In this document: one piece after another, positions 18,834-26,189 of the stretch | Position numbering within the stretch: position 1 is the stretch's first letter | How the letters are laid out: every line of letters starts with the position of its first letter | Assembly (NCBI GenBank): GCA_026393755.1 | Contig: JAPKZO010000032.1 | Span: 151,342 to 215,341, forward strand | Length of the DNA: 64,000 bases | Direction of reading: 5' to 3' | Origin: Acidobacteriota bacterium | GTDB lineage: Bacteria > Acidobacteriota > Vicinamibacteria > Vicinamibacterales > JAKQTR01 | Notes under the pieces: model-generated | What the model was told of the DNA's origin: nothing | Databases searched by the model: none | What the model saw: only the letters and a program-made list of their open reading frames with translations | Made by a program: the position numbers and the translations under genes

Positions 18834-19966
18834 CAGCGCGCGCCCTCGGCTGAAGGAACCAGCCCGGCCGATTCAAGAAAGACCCTGAGCGCTTCCGCGA
18901 TCGCCTCATGGCCGCGCGGCGTGAAGTGTGCGGTGTCCGTGAAGTAGACATCGCCGCCCCGCGACGCCTCACGCAGGGCGGGAAGCGTGTCCAACGTCGG
19001 CAACTTGAGGTCCGACAGCGTCGTCTTGAACCGCTCGGTCGCGCCGTCCCTCAGCAGCGTCTGACCCGCCTCGGCCACGCCTTTCTCCTGATAGCGGAAA
19101 TCATCGTCATCAACCTGGAAGCGCGCCGGAAAGAGGACGAGCGCGGTCTTCGCGTGTTGCGCGGATGCCACCGCGGTCATCCTGGACACGGACTCGCGAA
19201 TCAGGCCAAGTCCTTCGTCGACTTCCGGCGGCGGCTGCTGCAGATAGGCCCTGAGCGGCGGGTACACATCGGGGGTACGGCCGAAGTGGCCGACGAGCGT
19301 CAACACGCGAAGCCGTACGATTTGCAGCACCATGCTCCGCCGCACGAGGCGGCGCGCCCATACGCCAATCGTCTCTGCAGCCGGCGCAACCCCCGATTCG
19401 CTCGCCGGGACTCCGGCCAGTCGATAGGCGGACGCCCGGGCCTGCATCACGTCGTTGCCCGGGTACAGCCCGATCAGCACGACGTCAGGGTCGAAGGCCC
19501 TCGCGACGTAGTTGTAGAAAAGGTACTTCTCCACGGGTCCATAGCCCTGAACGCCTGCGTTGATGACGCGGTAGTGAAGACCCCCACCGGAATGCGTGGC
19601 GTTCAGTCGAGCCTCGAGCAGCTTGCAGAAGGTCTGGCTCGACTCCACCTGTACCGCCATGACGAGCGAATCGCCCAGCACGAGGATGCGGCGCTCATTG
19701 AGCGCCTTCGGCCCGATCTCCGCGTCTCGGACGCCCTGCCCGTTGATGGAAATCGTGGTCTCGTACTCGGAGGTGCGAAATCGCGTCTGCGCGCCCGGCC
19801 GGAGCCGGTGGCCAATGCGTGGATCCGTCATGAAGAGCCGCTGGAATTCGGGCGCGGCCTCGGATCCGCCGGCCAGCCGGAGCGCAATCTCGAACGTCGC
19901 GAATTCGCAGGCCACGATGGCCGCGATGACGAACCATCGTGATTTGAGGACGACTCTGGGGCGCAT
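18833..19966 (-). CDS. membrane-anchored SGNH/GDSL hydrolase-type (acyl)esterase/transferase
   Basis: N-terminal TM (WFVIAAIVACEFATF), block I ILVLGDSLV and block V DTAHFTPRGHEAI. The stop overlaps the MBOAT start (TGATG). Confidence 0.8.
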   Translation of the reverse strand: MRPRVVLKSRWFVIAAIVACEFATFEIALRLAGGSEAAPEFQRLFMTDPRIGHRLRPGAQTRFRTSEYETTISINGQGVRDAEIGPKALNERRILVLGDSLVMAVQVESSQTFCKLLEARLNATHSGGGLHYRVINAGVQGYGPVEKYLFYNYVARAFDPDVVLIGLYPGNDVMQARASAYRLAGVPASESGVAPAAETIGVWARRLVRRSMVLQIVRLRVLTLVGHFGRTPDVYPPLRAYLQQPPPEVDEGLGLIRESVSRMTAVASAQHAKTALVLFPARFQVDDDDFRYQEKGVAEAGQTLLRDGATERFKTTLSDLKLPTLDTLPALREASRGGDVYFTDTAHFTPRGHEAIAEALRVFLESAGLVPSAEGAR

Positions 19967-19985
19967 CAATGGACCGGGCTTAAGG

Positions 19986-20450
19986 TTACCACGATCGTTT
20001 CTGCGGCTGGCGGACGAGCCTGACGGCTTCGATCGCGATGGCAACGACTGGAACGGTCACGCCGACGAACAGCCCAATCGGATCGGCGCGCAGCGGACCG
20101 AGCGCAACAACCGCTACCGCCGCGACGAGGGCGTACCGACTGACGAACCTGACCGTCGCCCGCGTGATTGCGCGCCGCGCGTTCGGCGGCGGCGCACTGT
20201 CCTCTCCGGCCGGAGGGGCCGCCCGCCAGATGCTGGCGTCCACCATCGACCGGACCGCCGCGTACCCGATTGCCATCATCCCGGCGCCGGCCAGCACGCC
20301 GTACGCCAGGCCGGGACGGCCGCGGTCAACGACCAGTGCCCCGAGAATGGCGACAACACAGATCACGGCCGTATCGCGTTTGATGCGGCGCAACGAATCA
20401 TCGCGTTCGCGGTACTTGCCCATGGAGACTGCGTCGGCAGGGACGCTCAC
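19986..20450 (-). CDS. atpI: ATP synthase protein I-like small membrane protein
   Basis: 154 aa with 4 hydrophobic segments. GTGA overlap with the upstream atpZ-like gene. The assignment rests on position and architecture and is moderate only. Confidence 0.55.
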   Translation of the reverse strand: MSVPADAVSMGKYRERDDSLRRIKRDTAVICVVAILGALVVDRGRPGLAYGVLAGAGMMAIGYAAVRSMVDASIWRAAPPAGEDSAPPPNARRAITRATVRFVSRYALVAAVAVVALGPLRADPIGLFVGVTVPVVAIAIEAVRLVRQPQKRSW

Positions 20451-20773
20451 TGCTCGCGCTGCCCATCCTCATCGACCGGTGTCGCTGGCGGCAACTCCGC
20501 CGGCGGCGCCCCGTCTGCGCTGTCCCGAGCCGGCGGCGTCGTGCCGGGAGGAAACGCCTGCGACACGGTACGGAAGACATTGAGAACGCCTGCAGCCAGG
20601 CCCAGGAAGAAACCTAAGATCGTCAGCACTGGTCCCGTGTGCAACCACGCGTCCAGCCTGTTGCCGATCCAGAACCCCATGACCAGCGCAAGCACGAACG
20701 ACAGCCCGACCGTGCTCAGCGCGCCGGCCGAGCGAAGGGCCTCCCGGCTGTTCTTCATCGAACGATTGGTCAT
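20447..20773 (-). CDS. atpZ: AtpZ/AtpQ-type (ATPase gene 1 family) small membrane protein
   Basis: ALRSAGALSTVGLSFVLALVMGFWIGNRLDAWLHTGPVLTILGFFLGLAAGVLNVFR matches the two-TM pattern I recall for this family. Confidence 0.7.
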   Translation of the reverse strand: MTNRSMKNSREALRSAGALSTVGLSFVLALVMGFWIGNRLDAWLHTGPVLTILGFFLGLAAGVLNVFRTVSQAFPPGTTPPARDSADGAPPAELPPATPVDEDGQREQ

Positions 20774-20872
20774 CGGTCAGGACCCGGACAGAAACAAGTG
20801 TCGCACAGATGCTCCGTTCCTCGTCCCCGGAGCGCCGAACTCCACGTCCGGGCCGCGCGAATCCGGGCACGT

Positions 20873-22825
20873 TCAGGCGGGTGGCAGGATCACCGGCGGC
20901 AATTCGACGAACACATTGACGAGCGTCGCCACGCCGACCCACGCGACACCCAGACATACGATCCCCGCAGCCAGCCTGAGCGGCAGATGGCGCGAGTCGA
21001 ATCCCCGGGCGATGGCAAGCCCCCCGGCCAGTGCGACAAACGGCTGCATGGCCAGCGTGGCCCGCACCTCAAGCGGCGTGACTATGCCCAGAACCGCAAA
21101 TACGGCGCACACCATCAGCCAGCCCCACATGGCCAGCGTGAGCGCGTCGCGCCGCTTCTCTCGAACGAAGACGAATACGCCCGCCGCGGCAGCCGCCAGC
21201 AACGCGTACGAGTAGCTCCACAACAGGAATCGGAAGAAGGTCGCGACCCGCCCACCCTGCTGTGACACGGTCGGCACCATCGATCGCCGCGAGGTTTCGC
21301 CCGCGAGGATCCGGTGGACGGTCGTCTCGTACACGGTCTGGAAATGCTGGTAGTAGAGGAGGTACGACGCGACGATCGCGAGCCCCAGCGCGAAGGCAAA
21401 CCAGCCGCGCGCCGCCTTCACGTCACGCCCGGTGCCGAACGACCAGGCGGCAACGACGCCCGCCGCCAGTACCGGGCCGAGGAGCGCCGTGCCGAAGTGG
21501 GACATGAAGCCACCTGCCAGCAGGAGCGACACCACGGTCGACCAGAGCCAGGCTGGGCGGGATCCGACCAGGCACACCCCGAACAGCACCGCCGCCGAGA
21601 CGACACTCTGCGCGAATGCGTTGCTCAGATTGCCCGTCGCCATCGTCTGGACGCCAACCGGAGCCAGCATATAGAAGAGCGCGGCGGCGCAGGCCGCACT
21701 CGGGAGACGCCAGATCCGCAGACCCGCAAACAGAATCGCCAGGGCCGCGATCGCATCCGCGACAAGCCCGATGCCCCTCAGCAGTCCGACGTGATTGGCA
21801 ATCGCTTTCCAGAACGGCACGGCCAGCACGAACATCCCGGGCGCGTACGGGAATTCGAAGTACGGGGGTGGCGTCACCGATGTAAAGAAGAAGTTGCCGG
21901 CAGCCACGTAGTCGGCGCGGTGCGCCTGGAACATGCTGTCGCCGATCGGCGCGTTGGGGTGCAGGAACAGGACGAGCCGCAAGAGGGTGATGACGACGAT
22001 CAAGAAGACGGTCGTCGGTACGAGGCGTGTCCGAGCGTGCCGCCTGGCGGCAGACCGTGCGCCGATCACCGCGCCGGCAACGAGCGCCCACACGGCCAGC
22101 GGCGCGAACGCGTCCGAGAAGTCACACAGGAACGCCGCATCGCGCACGAGCAGCCACGCGTGCCAGCCCGTGGTGGCTACGGCCGCCCCCACAATCACCG
22201 GCCACGAGCATCCCGCGACCGCCGCGCCTGCGCCGTAGAATGCCGCGGCCGCGACCGACTGCCCGAGTGCTCTTGTCGGCAGCGGGAACCGGCCCGTCTC
22301 GGGCGCGAGCGCGAACGCCTCGACGATGAACCCGAGTGTCCGCTTGTCCTGGGGTCCGGGCACGAACGTTCGTGCCGCCGTCATCGTGACCGAGGCGGTG
22401 TCGCGCGTGGCCGGCGGAATCTCGACCGCGATCGCCATTCGATGATCGAGCAGGTCGAAGGGGATGGGACGCCTGGCGCCGTCGACCAGCAGTTCAACTG
22501 GCAGCGGGGCCGACGGTCCGCCTCTCGCCACGATCGTCAGCCGATAGCCGACGTGGCGATCCAGCCGCCGCACGCTGACGACCGCGGACCTTCGTGTCCA
22601 CGCGAACGCCGGCACGCTCTCGGGGTACTCCACGGGGTAGAATCCGCCGGTCTTGAACCAAGCCGGCGAGGTCGAGAGCCAGTCGTTGCCTTCCGAGACC
22701 GATCGCACCAGCTCCCGTGGACCGGCGGCATACCACCAGGCCGTTGGCACGGCCAGTCCAATCAGGGCCGAGAGCGCCGTAGCTCCCACGACGCGTACAA
22801 GCCAGCCCCGCATGCTTCGCCTCAT
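20873..22825 (-). CDS. large polytopic membrane protein, paralogue of 4302-6284 (GT-C-like)
   Basis: Shared blocks: GFYPVEY..FAWTRR / GFYPPEH..FVWTMRR; VPGPQDKRTLGF / VPGQSDPRALGV; FQAHRADYVAAGNFFFT / FHAHRFEWVLAGRFYFT; GNLSNAFAQSV / ANLTNAFGQSV; YYQHFQTVYETT / YWGHFGSVYRTQ. The start is uncertain: ATG at 22825 or 22813, GTG at 22900. Confidence 0.7.
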   Translation of the reverse strand: MRRSMRGWLVRVVGATALSALIGLAVPTAWWYAAGPRELVRSVSEGNDWLSTSPAWFKTGGFYPVEYPESVPAFAWTRRSAVVSVRRLDRHVGYRLTIVARGGPSAPLPVELLVDGARRPIPFDLLDHRMAIAVEIPPATRDTASVTMTAARTFVPGPQDKRTLGFIVEAFALAPETGRFPLPTRALGQSVAAAAFYGAGAAVAGCSWPVIVGAAVATTGWHAWLLVRDAAFLCDFSDAFAPLAVWALVAGAVIGARSAARRHARTRLVPTTVFLIVVITLLRLVLFLHPNAPIGDSMFQAHRADYVAAGNFFFTSVTPPPYFEFPYAPGMFVLAVPFWKAIANHVGLLRGIGLVADAIAALAILFAGLRIWRLPSAACAAALFYMLAPVGVQTMATGNLSNAFAQSVVSAAVLFGVCLVGSRPAWLWSTVVSLLLAGGFMSHFGTALLGPVLAAGVVAAWSFGTGRDVKAARGWFAFALGLAIVASYLLYYQHFQTVYETTVHRILAGETSRRSMVPTVSQQGGRVATFFRFLLWSYSYALLAAAAAGVFVFVREKRRDALTLAMWGWLMVCAVFAVLGIVTPLEVRATLAMQPFVALAGGLAIARGFDSRHLPLRLAAGIVCLGVAWVGVATLVNVFVELPPVILPPA

Positions 22826-22914
22826 CTGTGATTCCGGAGACTTGCGCGCTGAGTGCGCGTCGATTCCGGGCCGACGTCCCCCCCGGGCGGGCCGACGCAC
22901 GGTCGTGAATCGCC

Positions 22915-24390
22915 CTAGAACGACGTCGCCGTGGCGGCGACCACGCCGAGCGTCCTGGCCGACGCCTCGGCCAGCTCAAAGAGCGGCCGCGGGTAGACTC
23001 CCAGGATGATCGTGGCGGCCAGCGCCACCACCAGCACCGCCGCGAGCGCGGGGGCCGGTCTCGGATCAGAGCCGGTGGGATCGCCCTTCATGAACATGAA
23101 CACGACGATACGAAGGTAGTAGTAGAGCGAGATGGCGCTGTTGAGGACGCCGATGACGGCGAGCCAGTAGTACTGCGCGTCGATGGCCGCGCTGAACAGC
23201 CAGAACTTGCCCATGAACCCGGCGGTCGGCGGAATGCCCCCCAGCGACAGCATGAAGATCAGCATGGCCAGGGCGCCGAACGGCTGCCGCGCAAACAGGC
23301 CGCTCAGATCCTTGAGTTCGTCGCCGATGGCGTCGGCTCGGCGCATCATGATGACGACGGCGAAGGCGCCGATCTGCATGAAGGCGTAGACCGCCAGGTA
23401 GATCATCATCGCCGTGACGCCGCGCGGCGTACCGGCGACGACGCCGATCAACAGGTACCCGGCGTGCGCGATCGACGAGTACGCCAGCATGCGCTTGATG
23501 TTGGTCTGCGTCAGCGCGGCGACGTTGCCCACTGTCATCGTGACGATCGCCATGGCGTAGAACAGCATCTTCCAGTCGTCGGCCATCGATGGGACGCCTT
23601 CGAAGAAGATCCTGAGCAGCATGGCGAACGAGGCCGCCTTTGATCCGACCGAGAGGAAGGCGGTAATCGGCGTCGGCGCGCCCTCGTACACGTCCGGCGC
23701 CCACATATGGAACGGCACCGCCGCGATCTTGAAACCCATGCCGGCGACCACGAGGATGACCGCCAGGACGAGCCACGGATCGCGGCCGTGCTCGGCGATC
23801 TTGATGGCGAGCACGTGCAGGTTGGTGGTGCCAGACATCCCGTACAGCAGGGACATCCCGTACAGCAGCAGTCCAAGCGAGAACGTGCCCAGGAGGAAGT
23901 ACTTGACCGCCGCTTCGTTCGACAGGCGGTTGGACTTGAGCATCCCGGCCAGGATGTAGAACGCGATCGCCATCGTCTCGAGGCCGATGAAGAGCGTGAT
24001 CAGGTCCGTGCCGCCTGCCATGAACATCATGCCGATCGTCGCGCACAGCACCATGAACACGTACTCGCCGTGCCGGGTCCCCTCGATGTCGAGGTACCGC
24101 ACCGACATCAGCAGCGTCAGCGCCGCCGAGAGCAGGAAGATCGCCTTGAAGAACGTGCCGAACGCGTCGACGGCGACCACGCCGTGGGCGAGGCTCACAG
24201 GCGGCCCGCCGGCCACCGACGCGAGCGTGATCCCGGACGCCGCCAGCGCCGCGATGCCGAGCCACGACATGATCCGCTGATGCGGCCGCGGAATGAACGT
24301 GTTCACCACGAGCAGCACGAGCGTGGCGCCGGTGAGCACCAGCTCCGGCAGCAGGTAGTAGAGATCCGAGGTCGAGAACCAGGCTGGCAT
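22915..24390 (-). CDS. nuoN: NADH-quinone oxidoreductase subunit N
   Basis: Contains EAAVKYFLLGTFSLGLLLYG and KIAAVPFHMWAPDVYEGAPTPITAF. The start overlaps the nuoM stop (TGATG). Confidence 0.92.
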   Translation of the reverse strand: MPAWFSTSDLYYLLPELVLTGATLVLLVVNTFIPRPHQRIMSWLGIAALAASGITLASVAGGPPVSLAHGVVAVDAFGTFFKAIFLLSAALTLLMSVRYLDIEGTRHGEYVFMVLCATIGMMFMAGGTDLITLFIGLETMAIAFYILAGMLKSNRLSNEAAVKYFLLGTFSLGLLLYGMSLLYGMSGTTNLHVLAIKIAEHGRDPWLVLAVILVVAGMGFKIAAVPFHMWAPDVYEGAPTPITAFLSVGSKAASFAMLLRIFFEGVPSMADDWKMLFYAMAIVTMTVGNVAALTQTNIKRMLAYSSIAHAGYLLIGVVAGTPRGVTAMMIYLAVYAFMQIGAFAVVIMMRRADAIGDELKDLSGLFARQPFGALAMLIFMLSLGGIPPTAGFMGKFWLFSAAIDAQYYWLAVIGVLNSAISLYYYLRIVVFMFMKGDPTGSDPRPAPALAAVLVVALAATIILGVYPRPLFELAEASARTLGVVAATATSF

Positions 24391-26147
24391 CAGTCGCGCC
24401 CTCCTGTCGGGCTCCCCTCGGGGCCCGGCCCCGGTTTCTTCGTTGCCCCCTTCGACTCGGACCCTTTCGCAGACTCGTTCAGGGCCGGGACTGAAGCCTT
24501 GGGCTCGCTCGGGGCCGGTTTGGCGGCCGTCCCGGCGGCGGCATCGCACGGCGCCATCGACACAAACGGGTTGGCGGGCTTGGCGGCCGGTGTCTCGCCG
24601 CAGTCATTCGGCTTCGCCGCCGCCTTCGCCACCGCGGGTGCCGCATACGCCGAGTTCAGCCTTGCGATGACGGTCTTGACCGTCGGGTCAATCTTCTCGA
24701 GGAACGGCGTCGGATAGATGCCAATCCACACGGCCAGAATGATGAGCGGCGCGAAGGTCATGAACTCGCGGAAATTCAGGTCCAGCAGTTTCTCGTTCTT
24801 CGGATTCTCGATCTTGCCGAACATCGTCCGCTGATACAGCCACAGCATGTACGCCGCGCCCAGCACAACGCCGCTTCCCGCCAGCGTCGCCCAGAGCATG
24901 CCGTGTCCGGGCACCATGAAGACCCCCGCCAGGATCAGGAACTCGCCGATGAACCCGTTCAGCGTCGGCAACCCGATCGACGACATCGTCATGATCATGA
25001 AGATCGCGGCGTAGATGGGCATCACCTTCGACAGCCCGCCGTACTCGGAGATCTGGCGCGTGTGCCGCCGTTCGTAGACGACGCCGACGAGCAGGAAAAG
25101 GGCGCCGGTCGAAATGCCGTGGTTAAGCTGCTGGATAATGCTGCCGGCCATGCCGACCGGATTGAGCGCGAACATGCCCAGCGTCACCATGCCCATGTGG
25201 CTGACGCTGGAGTACGCGACCAGCCGCTTCCAGTCCTTCTGCGCCATCGCCACCAGCCCACCATAGATGATGCCGATGATCGAAAGCGTCACCATCATCG
25301 GCACGAACGTGCGGGATGCGTCGGGCAGGATCGGCAGGCTGAACCGGATGAAGCCGTACGTGCCCATCTTCAGGAGGATGGCCGCCAGAATCACGGACCC
25401 GGCCGTTGGCGCGTCGGTGTGCGCATCAGGCAACCAGGTGTGGAACGGGAACATCGGGACCTTGATGGAGAACCCGAGGAAGAATGCCAGGAACAGCCAC
25501 CACTGCAGGCCGGTGGGAATGTTCGCCGCTTGATACTTCGTGATGTCGAACGACCAGACCTGCGTCACTTCGTGATAGTGGAAGTAGAGCGCCAGAATGC
25601 CGAGCAGCATGACCACGCTGCCGACCAGCGTGTACAGGAAGAACTTGATCGCCGAGTAGAGCCGCCGATCGCTGCCCCAGATGCCGATCAGGAAGTACAT
25701 CGGCACCAGCATCACTTCCCAGAACAGGAAGAACAGCAGGAAGTCCAGCGAGATGAAGGCGCCAATCATCCCGCTCTGGAGGACGAGCAGGAAGATGTAG
25801 TACTCCTTGACCCGCTCGGTGATGGCCGTCCACGACGACAGGATGGCGATGACGCCCATCAGTGTCGTCAGCAGGATCAGCAGCACGCTGAACCCGTCCA
25901 CGCCCAGGAAGTACTCCGCCCCGATCGACGGAATCCAGGGGCACCGCTCGACGAACTGGAACTGCGCGCCAGCCGGGTTGTACGCGAACCACAGCGGCAG
26001 CGACACCACGAACCCGATGAACGCGACGATGTTCGCGATCCACCGGATGAGGTTCGTCTGCTGCCGGCTCACGAACAACAGCAGCACAGCCCCGAGAAGC
26101 GGGGTGAACAGAATGATCGAGAGAAGATGGGAGTTGGCGTCGTTCAC
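24390..26147 (-). CDS. nuoM: NADH-quinone oxidoreductase subunit M with ~87-aa low-complexity C-terminal tail
   Basis: Contains FHTWLPDAHTDAPTAGSVILAAILLKMGTYGFIRF. GTG start at 26147. Confidence 0.92.
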   Translation of the reverse strand: MNDANSHLLSIILFTPLLGAVLLLFVSRQQTNLIRWIANIVAFIGFVVSLPLWFAYNPAGAQFQFVERCPWIPSIGAEYFLGVDGFSVLLILLTTLMGVIAILSSWTAITERVKEYYIFLLVLQSGMIGAFISLDFLLFFLFWEVMLVPMYFLIGIWGSDRRLYSAIKFFLYTLVGSVVMLLGILALYFHYHEVTQVWSFDITKYQAANIPTGLQWWLFLAFFLGFSIKVPMFPFHTWLPDAHTDAPTAGSVILAAILLKMGTYGFIRFSLPILPDASRTFVPMMVTLSIIGIIYGGLVAMAQKDWKRLVAYSSVSHMGMVTLGMFALNPVGMAGSIIQQLNHGISTGALFLLVGVVYERRHTRQISEYGGLSKVMPIYAAIFMIMTMSSIGLPTLNGFIGEFLILAGVFMVPGHGMLWATLAGSGVVLGAAYMLWLYQRTMFGKIENPKNEKLLDLNFREFMTFAPLIILAVWIGIYPTPFLEKIDPTVKTVIARLNSAYAAPAVAKAAAKPNDCGETPAAKPANPFVSMAPCDAAAGTAAKPAPSEPKASVPALNESAKGSESKGATKKPGPGPEGSPTGGRD

Positions 26148-26189
26148 TGCTGCCGTCCTGGATTAAGGGTCACCCGAATCAACATCCGC

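Noticed and set aside
15282-20773. Interpretation of atpZ-atpI...atpB-atpE as part of an N-type (Na+) ATPase operon
   Set aside because: N-ATPase operons, as I recall them, are atpD-C-Q-R-B-E-F-A-G. Here no atpD/C precede the small genes, no atpF/A/G follow atpE, and 3.5 kb of unrelated genes interrupt the set.
22915-26147. Search for a second nuoM that would match the lengthened NuoL lateral helix
   Set aside because: Only one NuoM-type ORF (24390-26147) and one NuoN-type ORF (22915-24390) are present. The downstream 20873-22825 protein has no antiporter-like motifs.
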